IMG/VR virus record: IMGVR_UViG_3300035698_027961
Coordinates: 15,312 to 79,311 of that record
Source: a virus
DNA: 64,000 nt
Strand: one strand, 5' to 3'
In this document: positions 36,601-47,180 of the stretch, piece after piece
Layout of the letters: each line of letters starts with the position of its first letter
Position numbering within the stretch: the stretch's first letter is position 1
Notes under the pieces: generated by a model
Told to the model about the DNA's origin: nothing
Database searches by the model: none
Seen by the model: only the letters and a program-made list of their open reading frames with translations
Position numbers and translations under genes: made by a program

Positions 36601-39600
36601 GAAACAACGCCCATAGTGTAGCTTTTGCAAAAGTCTATATTGTTGGTAAAAAAGTCGTAAAGAACCTCTCTTGATACATCTCTAAATTTATCATTAAGCT
36701 TAACGGGTACTTTGCCACCGAACTTAAAGATATTGGGTGCCTCTTGGCCATCGATGAATAGATGCATCTCATCCTTCTCATCGACACTATTAAACTTCCA
36801 GCTGGCCGCAATATGATGTACCTCTCCCGCTACAAAATTCTTAATATTGGTCGCTAAGTTGTATACCGACATATCCTTACCATTGGAGCGTGATGCATCA
36901 ACTATTCTAAAATTCAAGAAACCTTTTCCATCCTTAAAGATAGAGAATCTTTGCTCATCATTATTCTTGGAGTCAACCAGGTACCTTATCTTATCTGAAC
37001 ATAGAAGCATCTCATCGATACCCATATCTAAGCTATATCCATCGTAGGCATCATAAGCGTCGTAAGCGTCCAGATATCCATCAAGACCGTCGATATTAAA
37101 CTCAAATTCAACCTTAGAGTCTGTAGAAATTATAACATCCGAAGACTCTAGCTTTGAGTTAGAAAACTCTTCGTAAAAATCTCCGTAGATCAGGTCTATA
37201 TCTATAATATTGCCCGAGTTAAAAAGGTAGAATTCTGAAGGGTCTACTGTTTCGCTATCTAGCAGCGTAACTCCAACCATTGGGTTGCTGCTAGGAACTA
37301 CGAAGTCAGAAATCATAAACTCAAAAGCGATAAGCTGATCGACATAAATACTCACTCTATTATCTTCAGTATTGCAAACCATTCTATACTCATGAAAACC
37401 TGAATCATTCCAATTATACGGTACGGTTCCAAGTATCTCATTTATTTCGGAATCAATTAAGCATATCAGATGGCTTCCTCCACTATCGAATGCTAATTGA
37501 AGTTTAGCATTAATAACTTTATTTGAAATTACGATGGGGGATATTCCGGTTAGATTTCCCGAGTAAATGCCTGTAAATGAACCAGAAGACATGCCGATGA
37601 TATTATCACCAACATCTATAACCCTCATTGATATTGTATAATCAAAGTTATCGGAAGATATTATGTCGGCAACTAATCTTGATTGTCCGCCTAGGCACTC
37701 AAGACCTTCGGTTGATGGGCCGGCTCTATATATACCATCCTGAGTTGATGTATCAAAATCTCCATCCTTATTCCATGACTCAACGCTCGTATATCTTCCG
37801 CCAACAATTACATTTATAAGTTCTGATTCAGAATCTTCTATTTTTGACCAGCCGCCTTCCTCAAGTAATCCATTACCGCAGAACTTAAACTTAGCTCTTT
37901 TGGAGCTATCAGGCGAGCAAAGATCGGAATCTTCTCTAGACCTAACGACTGATGAAAATTCTCCGTCTGTTGTTATGACTCCGGAAAATTTATGATAAGA
38001 AGGTACCGTCTCGTAAAGGATATTGTAATTATCTTGAGATATTTCAACATCAAACGGTGTAATAGCAGACTTATTAGACTTAGTTTTAAAAACCCACTGT
38101 CCTGCTTGGCGCTCTGAATTAATTGAGCAAAGATCGTCAAACCAGACAAATATGCCTTCGCTATCAAATAGGTTGTTTGGCTGGCCAATAACTTCTACAC
38201 TTGAGTCATTTTTGCTTATCGAGAATGTAGAGCTGTCAGGATTGAATGACTCCGGACCTATGTATACATCCTTATTAGAAAATCTATTAGTCACAGTTCC
38301 GTAAAATTGAGATAAGTTGATATCGGATATATAGTTGCCATCAAGATTGCCAACTATAAATCCTGACAGGCTTTCTGAATCTATGTCTAGATCGATTTGA
38401 AAGTTGCACAAGTAAAATAGGTCAGTATAGAATAGCTTGCCACTATACTTATTTATACTGAAATAGACTTGATTGGTTTTAATATTCTTTTGAATATAAA
38501 GTTCGGTATCATGTCCCCAGTTAACTAGGTGGAACTTCTTAAACCCAAAAAATTGGCTTGACTTTGAATGATCAAACTTAGTTAATACCTCGACGTTCTT
38601 AAACATCATTCTTAGGTATCCCAAAGGCATACTGCTATTTATTTCTTCTGAATTTAAATTTCTAAGAGCCTGATTATTTTCGGCAAACTTTTTAACTAAA
38701 ACTCCCGTAAATAAATCTGGTATCGAATCAGTAATCAAATCCGTGTTATTATAAAATCCAATAACTTGGTATAGTGATCCATTCTGATCTGATATCATAA
38801 AGATACTTGGCGAGTTGTCAATAATGTTGACTGCTGATTTAAAATCAGATAAGTCGAACCCGGAGACCATATCTATTCTGATAGATAAATCATTAAATCC
38901 CGAAAGATTATCTACCGATGAAACAACTTCGCACTTGCAGCTTCTTAGAGAGTAAGGGCCGGAAAAATTATCTATTTCATCTCCACTTATCTGGTCTACC
39001 TGAAGGTCAAAGTTTGGCACCTCGGTCAAGTTAAGGTTAAACCCGCCGACCTTATAGGTGTCCGCAAATAATACGGAGCCTGAACTATATCTAGTTACAG
39101 GATTAAACAGCTGGAATGGCCATGGGCCATCTACAATGTTTGATGGGCCATGAATACCTACCGTGAAGAATACTTCGTCTGGAGTCTCATCCTCACATAA
39201 TACGGACTTATAATTCTCATAGTATTCAATTCTTCTCAGGTCATTAATCTGGGCGCCAAAAGACTCAGACTTCAAGATGGCCCTAAAGCTCATGTCCTGA
39301 TTTCTGCCAAGATTGCCCTTTTCTTTGTATAGTGCGAATATTCCAGAGTCAAGACCGCCATCCTGTGTTGAGTCAGACTTATAATTTGATATTCTAATTC
39401 CAACCCCAGTTGCGTCGGTAGACCCAACGGTAATCGGAGAAGGAAGTAATGACCAGTTGTTGTTAAAATCAAAAGGATCAGAATTTTGAATTAAGTTGTC
39501 TTTATCTATGCCTATTTTGTCAATTTGAAAAGTGAGCTCTGCATCGTTACTTATTCCTGACCACTCCGGCCTAATCCACATATCTATAGTCCCCTGGTCT

Positions 39601-42600
39601 AGAGATATTGAAGAGACCGATGGAATCTCAACAGAAGTTTCACTATTAAAAATTAGTCCTTCGTCATGCCTTCCCTCTCCGAATGTTAAGTTTCCAAAAG
39701 ACTTTGGCTTTCCGGTAGTTAGGTAGTCGCGACCAAGTATCCAGTTTCCAAAAACAAGTTCGTCTATCTCGGGTTCTATCTTGGTAAATGATTTTACTAA
39801 CTCTTTAATGGCCGGAACCGTTGGACCCTTTGGAAATGTCTGAAGTACTCCAGATATGGCACTTCTATATAGCTCACGATCCGTTGAGACACCGAAGTTT
39901 CTAAAAAATGGAATATTTGTTAATGTTCCAAAGTTTGTGAGAAGCGCATCTCTTAGTGCCCCGTATCTGTAAGATACGTAATAGTTATCGCCTTCGGAGA
40001 TTGCACCGCTAATACTCCAATCAATTTCATTATCACCGTACTCATACCAGACAACAATTTCATCCGCTAGATACGAGTAGCTAGCGAAGATAAATCCATC
40101 CTTGTAGTCAATTGCAAGTTTGGTACCAATCTGTGGTATAAAGCTATTTAGGTATACTATCTCGATTGTATCACCGGCATCAACATTGGAGTCTCCGGGG
40201 ATAATTATTGATATTCCGCTGGGAGTTATAGTTGCCGTTGGCTTGACTACGATATCAATTAGTCCAACTTCTGGCTCAAGTACGGTGACATTATTTATCG
40301 CCGGAGTTATAACTTCAATAGTGGATAATATAGGATTAGAGTTAGATATCTCAAATACATTACCAAGTGAGTCTCTGACAAAGTCGCTTCCATCGGTATC
40401 GACCAGAGAGTAATCCAGCGTTCCCGAGGCAATAGATATGGTTGCCGTACCTAGTGACTGTATCACGAATACCGACTCTACTTCGGAAACTTTTACTAAA
40501 TTCAACCTATCGTCAAATAATGTCTCACCTGTTTCGGTAGATATTGCCCCCACAAATTGTGTAGCGCTAGAGTCATAAATCTCAATTGATAAGTTTGGTC
40601 CAGAAACCGAAGTTCTTTTGGCCCTTCTTTTCTTTAGATCTATTATGTTATTTTGAAAAGATATAGAGCTGGGGTCATAGATATTTTTACCACCATTCTT
40701 TGCGGTGACTGATAGAGAAAGATCTGATGACTCGGGATTTCTATTTGATTCCGAGCTAGAATTTAAATCAGAGCCAAGCAAGTCCTGAATCTGATATATT
40801 CCAGATATTGACAGAATCTTGCTCGGAAGAGCTATTGTATAGTTCTCAAGAACTTCGCATGTTGGAGTGATAATTCCATCAATAGATACGAGAATATCAT
40901 CTGATGCGAATATAAGGCTCTCATCTAAGTCTTGAATCGTGATTGAGTTTGAGCTAGTACTAACTAAATTATATGTTAAAACTGTATCCTCAGGCCTGTC
41001 GGTTGCTTTTATCTTCTTGTAAACACCCGAAGAAGTTATGATATTTTTAAATCTAGTATTTAAATCTCCATAGCTATAACTGGCGTTTCCGAGTTCTGTA
41101 TTCTGAAGCTTAGAAACCGAAGCATAAACAACTCCGTTAGGATAGTCCACAGCGTAATCACCAACTATTCTTAGTCTAGATAAGTTTTTATAAAATTCCG
41201 TACCTTTGTTATCAAGAAGAGCTCTAGATATTCTACTTTCATCTGTGCTTACAAATCCTTGAAAGCTTGTTGGTCTAAAGTACTTCTCTCTTTGAAATAG
41301 AGATGTGTTCACAAATGATATTGACTTATTAGATAAGTTTCCGATACCATCTAGAGTCTTATTTAATACCTGCTGGTTATCTAGCTTAATAACCATGCCC
41401 TTAGTACCTATAGTCACTCTAGAGTTTACCGATGGTATCTCTGAGTTCGCAAATATAGCTGCAGATGTAATTATATTATTTGAGTCCGGAGTTCCAAAGA
41501 ATCTGATATTGCTATCTTCAACGAAAACATCCTCGCCAATAACCTGCTCCCTAAAAAAGTAGTCTTGTGAGTTCTGGTCTATAATCTCCGCTGGAATTCC
41601 TGGAGAGAATATAATGCTGTTAATAGAGGCATTCGAAATAATCCTAGTTTCAAAGCAAGGTATTATGAATTCTCCTATAACTTTTAGCCTCTCCTCTTCG
41701 GATCTAGAAAAATTAGCTTCCTCGAAGTCTATATTCTTTACCTCCGGAGAGCGATCTCCTGAGAAAGCTATCTCTGTCTTTGTGTGAAATAGCGGCTGAT
41801 AAACCTCTCCAGTTGTTTGGTTTAATATTCTAAATACATCAGTTATGGGAGAGTTGATAGTTGATAGTCTAAAAGACTGCGATAGCCTATTCTCAACAAG
41901 CTCCGGCATAACTTCTATATGATTCTTTGCCAAGTAGTCAACACCTTCGGCAAAAACTTCATCATACTCTATAACAATCTTAGCTTCGCTGCCTAACAGA
42001 TCTCTACCTGGAGCCGGAACTATATCCTGATTATAAATTGTATAGTCTAAATTTTCAATAAACTCCCTTCTGTGAAAGTAGGAGGCAACAAAACTTTGTC
42101 TATCAGTTCCTTTTGCCGGCTCTGAAGATCCAAATAGAAATACTTCACCAGTCTGATAGTTAACTGAAAACTGACCTGGTTTTGAAGGAAGACTATTGGC
42201 ATTAAAGACCAATTCAAACTTAAATTCGTTGGGTATTAGGCTCTCATCATTTGAATATCTAATCTTTACGCCGTTAAGCTTTGGAACTGAATTGTCAGAG
42301 TTAACTATAGGAGCATTTTTCAAGAAGAAATTAGTCGTATTAGTCGGAACTGATTCTCTTGTAACCATATCCACCCTGCTTACGCTAACCCTATCCTCAA
42401 GAATAAATCTTCCGGAGTTTTTATATAGATACGAAACTACTAGGGTATCTTCAACTGATGGCCTCGGCAGATTTCCAAATTCAGATAGTAGAAATTGATT
42501 ATTATCAAGACTCTGAAATTCAAAAGCAAAATCCTGATCGTAAAAGTTGCTCTTTAAAGAGTACTTAAACTTTTCGATGTTATATTCTACGCCTATATCC

Positions 42601-43418
42601 CCATCACAATCTTCTATCTCATTGCTCTTGATTAGTCTAACCGAAAGGAGTTTGATTACATTTGAATTCCTAAGGGTAACCAAATACCCATCGAAAGAGT
42701 TTTCTTCTGTTTCAAGTGTTGAACTAATAATCTCATCGACAATCTCTACCTGCTGAAGAGAGATTGGGTAGTATGGTATCTGGCTTATTCTTGGGCTGAT
42801 AGAAGAAATAGTGTAGTCTAAAATATCACCACGAGGTATGGATCCGCTTGAAAGCCTAGACACCCTAGTAATATCAAAAGCATTTTCATTTGCTAGTCTA
42901 TCTGTTGATCCGCGAGTTCTTGTCCTTAGTTCGTCAATAACTTCTTCGGAAATATAATTATTACTTAGGGCCTGGCCAATTGATTTTTGTGCAGTATATA
43001 ATTCTTCAGCCTGGGCAGATAGTATATCTTTTATTGTTGTATTTTCCAACTCAAACAGGCTAGGGACTGACTCGAACATTCTGTCTCTAAACGGGTTTAT
43101 GTTATCAATTCCAACGAAGAATAGCTCCCTGGTCGCGGAGTCAAATGGAATCGTATTTCCGACTAAAGAAGAAAAAGGAACATCTCCGGTATCAAGCATA
43201 TTAACTAGGTAATAGTTTCCGGAAACCTGCGGCCGAGTCTTTATTATGGCGACTGCTCCGTCAACCTTAACCCCTATAATTTCAAGATTAGATACTGATC
43301 CATTTAAAGAATCAATTCTAAAATTCAATGAAGTTATTTTCTCTGATAATTGATCACTAAAGGTAATCTTTAGCTCAGAAGTTGACGGTATTGAGAATGC
43401 GACTGGTCTTAATAGCAT
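33675..43418 (-). CDS. giant baseplate wedge protein (P2 gpI/T4 gp7 position) with LamG/ConA-like domains
   Basis: Follows baseplate J; ELYR..I.G..Q.F.KGPT...IKELV and terminal RLKPAHT wedge motifs; GTI(D/E).WI.P, WH.I..T/S, F(V/I)DGQE, IGSD, ID..R LamG motifs. Confidence 0.75.
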   Translation of the reverse strand: MLLRPVAFSIPSTSELKITFSDQLSEKITSLNFRIDSLNGSVSNLEIIGVKVDGAVAIIKTRPQVSGNYYLVNMLDTGDVPFSSLVGNTIPFDSATRELFFVGIDNINPFRDRMFESVPSLFELENTTIKDILSAQAEELYTAQKSIGQALSNNYISEEVIDELRTRTRGSTDRLANENAFDITRVSRLSSGSIPRGDILDYTISSISPRISQIPYYPISLQQVEIVDEIISSTLETEENSFDGYLVTLRNSNVIKLLSVRLIKSNEIEDCDGDIGVEYNIEKFKYSLKSNFYDQDFAFEFQSLDNNQFLLSEFGNLPRPSVEDTLVVSYLYKNSGRFILEDRVSVSRVDMVTRESVPTNTTNFFLKNAPIVNSDNSVPKLNGVKIRYSNDESLIPNEFKFELVFNANSLPSKPGQFSVNYQTGEVFLFGSSEPAKGTDRQSFVASYFHRREFIENLDYTIYNQDIVPAPGRDLLGSEAKIVIEYDEVFAEGVDYLAKNHIEVMPELVENRLSQSFRLSTINSPITDVFRILNQTTGEVYQPLFHTKTEIAFSGDRSPEVKNIDFEEANFSRSEEERLKVIGEFIIPCFETRIISNASINSIIFSPGIPAEIIDQNSQDYFFREQVIGEDVFVEDSNIRFFGTPDSNNIITSAAIFANSEIPSVNSRVTIGTKGMVIKLDNQQVLNKTLDGIGNLSNKSISFVNTSLFQREKYFRPTSFQGFVSTDESRISRALLDNKGTEFYKNLSRLRIVGDYAVDYPNGVVYASVSKLQNTELGNASYSYGDLNTRFKNIITSSGVYKKIKATDRPEDTVLTYNLVSTSSNSITIQDLDESLIFASDDILVSIDGIITPTCEVLENYTIALPSKILSISGIYQIQDLLGSDLNSSSESNRNPESSDLSLSVTAKNGGKNIYDPSSISFQNNIIDLKKRRAKRTSVSGPNLSIEIYDSSATQFVGAISTETGETLFDDRLNLVKVSEVESVFVIQSLGTATISIASGTLDYSLVDTDGSDFVRDSLGNVFEISNSNPILSTIEVITPAINNVTVLEPEVGLIDIVVKPTATITPSGISIIIPGDSNVDAGDTIEIVYLNSFIPQIGTKLAIDYKDGFIFASYSYLADEIVVWYEYGDNEIDWSISGAISEGDNYYVSYRYGALRDALLTNFGTLTNIPFFRNFGVSTDRELYRSAISGVLQTFPKGPTVPAIKELVKSFTKIEPEIDELVFGNWILGRDYLTTGKPKSFGNLTFGEGRHDEGLIFNSETSVEIPSVSSISLDQGTIDMWIRPEWSGISNDAELTFQIDKIGIDKDNLIQNSDPFDFNNNWSLLPSPITVGSTDATGVGIRISNYKSDSTQDGGLDSGIFALYKEKGNLGRNQDMSFRAILKSESFGAQINDLRRIEYYENYKSVLCEDETPDEVFFTVGIHGPSNIVDGPWPFQLFNPVTRYSSGSVLFADTYKVGGFNLNLTEVPNFDLQVDQISGDEIDNFSGPYSLRSCKCEVVSSVDNLSGFNDLSIRIDMVSGFDLSDFKSAVNIIDNSPSIFMISDQNGSLYQVIGFYNNTDLITDSIPDLFTGVLVKKFAENNQALRNLNSEEINSSMPLGYLRMMFKNVEVLTKFDHSKSSQFFGFKKFHLVNWGHDTELYIQKNIKTNQVYFSINKYSGKLFYTDLFYLCNFQIDLDIDSESLSGFIVGNLDGNYISDINLSQFYGTVTNRFSNKDVYIGPESFNPDSSTFSISKNDSSVEVIGQPNNLFDSEGIFVWFDDLCSINSERQAGQWVFKTKSNKSAITPFDVEISQDNYNILYETVPSYHKFSGVITTDGEFSSVVRSREDSDLCSPDSSKRAKFKFCGNGLLEEGGWSKIEDSESELINVIVGGRYTSVESWNKDGDFDTSTQDGIYRAGPSTEGLECLGGQSRLVADIISSDNFDYTISMRVIDVGDNIIGMSSGSFTGIYSGNLTGISPIVISNKVINAKLQLAFDSGGSHLICLIDSEINEILGTVPYNWNDSGFHEYRMVCNTEDNRVSIYVDQLIAFEFMISDFVVPSSNPMVGVTLLDSETVDPSEFYLFNSGNIIDIDLIYGDFYEEFSNSKLESSDVIISTDSKVEFEFNIDGLDGYLDAYDAYDAYDGYSLDMGIDEMLLCSDKIRYLVDSKNNDEQRFSIFKDGKGFLNFRIVDASRSNGKDMSVYNLATNIKNFVAGEVHHIAASWKFNSVDEKDEMHLFIDGQEAPNIFKFGGKVPVKLNDKFRDVSREVLYDFFTNNIDFCKSYTMGVVSAGSSIFQSPQPIFSQDMIGRSVIIKNSTIAGSLIGQEYIIRSVIDSNQVTFGSGDNLSLITFQVSTSDIEFELPPTAGLSNKILTDLRNVKFAIFRKAQDGAKEEMAGVGYQVVDGEYSVVSGFNATNPKFRYNIDTRVIEFIGRDEDCNYFQTVLLSDAEVSIKTFGLNIENCKFTLGLTTSSYVSQKSDIFNEMSVIRTRGKEPISLKDVSIRRIVMENTIIESSEPIISGDRYLIDFNFPLESELGYNKLTSESGQLIKQNLGRKLSVVFDSDNVDFCDFDGYDGYTEASSTITITGETTDGSNFETFLISKNGQIDGSKFFIRVDEVYGSLLTIDNDYSESGMIKIIETDPISTPNNGGESAEVYDYKNGHFILSVSGSDSESPFEIPPGYYTVEYPSYLNITLNSLGDKIQIGSDYKRMNNFGGIIDQFRIISEMSSDTRVAELETSGTRSVTDDFNLSTPYCADSKTLALIPFDSPFDLQSRRLRRLRFLDTQLNESFGLNRREKDTLLPLVNNYEEFFRAMMNFGYSPDDSNRAYVETHMADGGPIFNTANFYQNVNEFPRSDKSVNSKFGLSGNFSTGRGLVYLNNDGKFRSPQGTIELWISPTVDTFVDRERRYYVDISSASRERVISRDSNTIVLPNAASEIISVTLVSSSSEYREFYSEVERGTILFDEISRSKLSGRLEGGTGSLKNFGSHSVLSADGKVIKLAESLPKNNVDVIVTYIPLGSSKDRVSIFKTEDNNIVFSITAGGIDNVISVDVDWKKNTWHRIMCTYRTGTDNDSMRMFVDGQEGGFIKYGTGIVYGTGFVYGQYISRPGQIRTRKFNIPLSNDLKLIAIGSDTMGYNNCRSRIDNLRFSRVIRDVFRASNGDYVDLGYSSNLSSAVPVILDDATTFILDFDASLNVVDNFATVIDPVSGIYNFDVEVYDNFDRVIGVDDGAIEDLIVDLVNRLKPAHTNALVRFKKPKC
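37035..37091 (-). repeat. in-frame tripeptide repeat D(G/A)Y within the giant wedge protein
   Basis: Encodes DGLDGYLDAYDAYDAYDGY with varied synonymous codons. Confidence 0.8.
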
Positions 43419-43426
43419 GTTTAACC

Positions 43427-46400
43427 TTATGTAATCCTAAAATCTTTTCTTGAAACGGGAGTTATTAGAATTTCTCCAGCTATAATAGACTGATTGTCAA
43501 GAGCTTTAATCGAACTTCTTCTTCCGGGCTTTCCCGACTCATTGAATAGTGACAAATTAAATGAATCTACACCAGGAACTGAAGTTGCTGCATTTATAAT
43601 ATCAGAGTAATCTATTGTACTACCTAGTGTCCCACTATTTAAAAGATTTGCTATTGCGTTTGATACATTCTGAACCATACTGGATGTTTCAGCTATAGCA
43701 TCTTGGTTTATAATAACCTCTCCGCCTGCATCAACTTCCAATAGTGGACATTCTTTTACCAGAACATCTGCAGTAATAGATCTGACATTCTCCAGGTTAG
43801 CTGTTACATCCTGAATTAGCCGATTTATATTGTACCTAATTGTTAATCTTTCACCCTCTACTGGTGCTGAGAACTTATAATTCGCAAAGTACGAATCACC
43901 GACACCGGGTTGATTCTGAGAGAGTACGGATATGGTACCCAGGAGCGAACCGCCAGGACTTCTAAATCCGGATGATACCGATATGCTCGATACTCTGGCA
44001 AAGACCTTATTGGTTATAACCCTTCCGCTTGATTGAAAGAAGAGATCCTCAAAGTCATTGTTGTTGTAAATCAAGACGTTTACAACTAGTCTTTCACCGG
44101 GAGTATAAGATAGACTTGAGTTTGCGGAGGTTGGCGGAATCACAAAACTTGCTCTATTGACCAATGCGTCTTCCGCTACAAAACCGAATGCATACCTTGA
44201 ATTATTAACTTTCTGGCCCAAGAGATCAAATGTTTTAGATGAATCTAGTGATTCTATTGAATCAACCCTTGCTATCCCGATGTTATTTGGAATTGAGGAT
44301 AATGATAACTCTCCTGCAATTGCAGAAGCCAAATTAAAAGTTCTTCCATTAATTGAGTTACCTGCGGTTATTTGCAAGCTCATTCTTGTTAACGTTTCTC
44401 CGGAAGCCCTAATCTTTCCAGCTCTGGTTGAACCTGAAATATTTACCGATAATCTAGACGGACCAAACCTCATTATACTGAGCGGGTCGCCCGCAATATC
44501 GTACTCAAAAAATAACGGCTGATTTGAAGAGCTTATCGTAGATAGTGATGAATTTAAAAGTTTATTTGTTCCATCAGATCCACTAATCGGAAGAGATGAT
44601 AGTGATATTGAAGATACAATATTATTTATCTCTGCAACGTAATCTATAAATACTTCATCTTGCGTTAGAAATAAATCTCTGACATCTTGAAGTATACCTA
44701 TAGACTGAAGAAAGTTTTCGGATGGTAGATTGATAATATTATTTGAAAAAGAGCCATCAGATTGCTGAATATTATAAATTTCAAACTTATTATATTTGAC
44801 TATAATATCGGATAAGTTATCAACCGGTGAGTCGGATGGCAAAGTAATAACCCTGTTTGAAAATGAACCATCAAATCTTAGTGTATTGTACAGTTCTAGT
44901 CCATCAGAAGTTTTTATTGATATTATATTATCAATAACGGGCTGGGAAGATGGTATTGTAACCCTAAAAACACTTAAACCATTCTCAACAACCTGGGATA
45001 CGGCACCGGACGTAGATACTATAGAATGAGCTGATATTACACGGCTAATATCATTTTCAACCACAATTCTATACTCTAGATCGTCCTCAGTTCTTTCAAC
45101 TACCGATGACTCGCTAGCGATAAAGGCTGATGTTCCCCAATCAACTGAGTCACCAACCTCTGAGTCTAGTGCCTGTGAAGCATTGAATTCACCGTTGTAA
45201 TCTATATACTTATCGTAGAATAGCCTCCATGTGTAATCTACGCTTAGCACGTCGGAGGGGGATGGAAGAGTTTTTCCAGATATTACTATCTCGCCCTTCA
45301 AATTTAGGCCAGTCTCTGGGTCTATATTTTGAGACTGAATGGTATATATTTCTCCAGTTGAAAAATTTCTAACCCTACTCACTGTTAGGGCTGGAGAGTG
45401 GCTCAGCTGAATAACTCTTCTATCTGAAGACAAAACCTTTGAGTTCTCGGAGGAAATAAATATATCCTGATAAACATTTAGTATTTCATCTATGTTTGAA
45501 AAGCGAAGAGCATCTATCGAATTTATTGATTTTTTAATTATGTTCTCAGCGCTAACCTCTTTTTCGCCAGAAATAAATCTAATCTTATCAAATCCAAACG
45601 GACTTCCTCCCGTCTCAGGGTTTAAGTCCTTTAGAAGCTGATAGTTTCCATATAGATTACCGTCTGCATCAGTAAAAGCTTCAGCTAGTATTCCGGACGA
45701 AGTTCCGGTTATAGATATAACTGAATCTGCAGGCTGCGCAGGTAGAATACCCTGCCTAAATGCTCTCAGCCTTCTTTCTTCGGAGGTTAAAGTTCTATCT
45801 AGGGTTCCCTGCCCTAGAATGTAATCATTTCTATCGTCAGTCGGGTTTCCGGTTCCAGACTTATCTGTATAGATATATGACTCTACAAATTCTTCCAGCT
45901 GGGTTCCTAATATATAGAGATCAACTTTACCACCAGTTCCCGAATTTAAAATTCTAAAACTGCCATCATTAACCTGAATCGTCTCGGTTCCATCGCGAAG
46001 CATTAGCGTGTTACCGGGTGTAATAACTATAGCATCATTTACACCACTAACTGATAAGCCCGCATTTCTATATCCAAATTCAGTTCCAGTATTTGAGCCG
46101 CTAAATACTGAAAAAACTCTGGACCTAAATACGGCATCGCTTTCTTGGTTAGCTCCGCCATTGAAAGATGTTATGTTTGTAATGTTCATCGCGTCTTCAA
46201 GGTTGCTATCAATTATTTGATAGCTTGCTATATTTCCGGATGTGCCAGGAATATTAGATGAAACTGGAATTTCTATAGCAAAGTTATCCGTGATTCCAAC
46301 AACATTAAGCGCTGAACTAATTCTGTTGGCTGTGGCAGAAAACTTACCTCTTTCTGCTGCCGACATAACAAAATTTCCTATGGTCTTGAAATTTAAACCA

Positions 46401-46738
46401 TTTCTGGCGGATACCACTGTACCAGCGGGAATTTGAATATCTTCTATTATCTGATTTGTGCTAAATACGACTATACCATTAGAAGGTGTTCCTGGGGATT
46501 TGACTATTCCAAAATTTCTAGCCCACCGGTCTAAATCTTTTCCTGTCGCGGAATCGGGTGATTGTTTTTCCGCGACCAAAGCAACCGAGGTATGAAGCCG
46601 CTCAAGCTGGTCGGCCTGCATATCAATAAATAAATCCCGTGAAACAGTTCCGGGCTTGGTATCCAGGTTGGGCTGGGTCAACCTAAGCCTTTCAAGCATA
46701 GAATTAACAATTTCGCTAAATGATCTAAATATTGCCAA
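43427..46738 (-). CDS. baseplate J / gp6-like wedge protein
   Basis: DTKPGTVSRDLFID, ATG.DLD..A.NFGI, IPAGTVV, GG.NQESD..FR.R, GGKVDLYI. Confidence 0.9.
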   Translation of the reverse strand: MAIFRSFSEIVNSMLERLRLTQPNLDTKPGTVSRDLFIDMQADQLERLHTSVALVAEKQSPDSATGKDLDRWARNFGIVKSPGTPSNGIVVFSTNQIIEDIQIPAGTVVSARNGLNFKTIGNFVMSAAERGKFSATANRISSALNVVGITDNFAIEIPVSSNIPGTSGNIASYQIIDSNLEDAMNITNITSFNGGANQESDAVFRSRVFSVFSGSNTGTEFGYRNAGLSVSGVNDAIVITPGNTLMLRDGTETIQVNDGSFRILNSGTGGKVDLYILGTQLEEFVESYIYTDKSGTGNPTDDRNDYILGQGTLDRTLTSEERRLRAFRQGILPAQPADSVISITGTSSGILAEAFTDADGNLYGNYQLLKDLNPETGGSPFGFDKIRFISGEKEVSAENIIKKSINSIDALRFSNIDEILNVYQDIFISSENSKVLSSDRRVIQLSHSPALTVSRVRNFSTGEIYTIQSQNIDPETGLNLKGEIVISGKTLPSPSDVLSVDYTWRLFYDKYIDYNGEFNASQALDSEVGDSVDWGTSAFIASESSVVERTEDDLEYRIVVENDISRVISAHSIVSTSGAVSQVVENGLSVFRVTIPSSQPVIDNIISIKTSDGLELYNTLRFDGSFSNRVITLPSDSPVDNLSDIIVKYNKFEIYNIQQSDGSFSNNIINLPSENFLQSIGILQDVRDLFLTQDEVFIDYVAEINNIVSSISLSSLPISGSDGTNKLLNSSLSTISSSNQPLFFEYDIAGDPLSIMRFGPSRLSVNISGSTRAGKIRASGETLTRMSLQITAGNSINGRTFNLASAIAGELSLSSIPNNIGIARVDSIESLDSSKTFDLLGQKVNNSRYAFGFVAEDALVNRASFVIPPTSANSSLSYTPGERLVVNVLIYNNNDFEDLFFQSSGRVITNKVFARVSSISVSSGFRSPGGSLLGTISVLSQNQPGVGDSYFANYKFSAPVEGERLTIRYNINRLIQDVTANLENVRSITADVLVKECPLLEVDAGGEVIINQDAIAETSSMVQNVSNAIANLLNSGTLGSTIDYSDIINAATSVPGVDSFNLSLFNESGKPGRRSSIKALDNQSIIAGEILITPVSRKDFRIT

Positions 46739-46748
46739 AGTAAAAATC

Positions 46749-47180
46749 CTATACTAAACGAACTGTTATTGATTCGGTAATAGTTGTTATTGCGCCAGTC
46801 TGTATACTTATAAATATACTGTAAAGTCTTGGGTCTGTGATGTCTCGCTCAACTGATAGTCCTAGTATAGATAGTATTCTCTCACCTGGGGATAAGAATT
46901 GACGCCTACCCTGGGAAGACTGAAGGGCAATAAGCTTTCGAAGAGCTTCCCTTGCGGAAGACTCAAGATCTATCTCTAGAAGATTCTGATCTGCTACAGA
47001 ACCTATAGTCAGAGAGCCCACATCGCTTCCATACCTAGGATGATACTTGTTTTCACCTAGGGCGGTGAGCATAATCTTAACTATGTCTTGTCTTAGCTTT
47101 TGGTTATCTACAACGATATCAACCAAGCCATCTTGGCTTAGCTTTATGTCGCCATTTTCTATTTTTAAATCAAAAGACAT
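46749..47180 (-). CDS. gp25/GpW-like baseplate wedge protein
   Basis: DL....GD, KL.QDI.K..LT..G....HP.YGS; directly upstream of baseplate J. Confidence 0.85.
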   Translation of the reverse strand: MSFDLKIENGDIKLSQDGLVDIVVDNQKLRQDIVKIMLTALGENKYHPRYGSDVGSLTIGSVADQNLLEIDLESSAREALRKLIALQSSQGRRQFLSPGERILSILGLSVERDITDPRLYSIFISIQTGAITTITESITVRLV

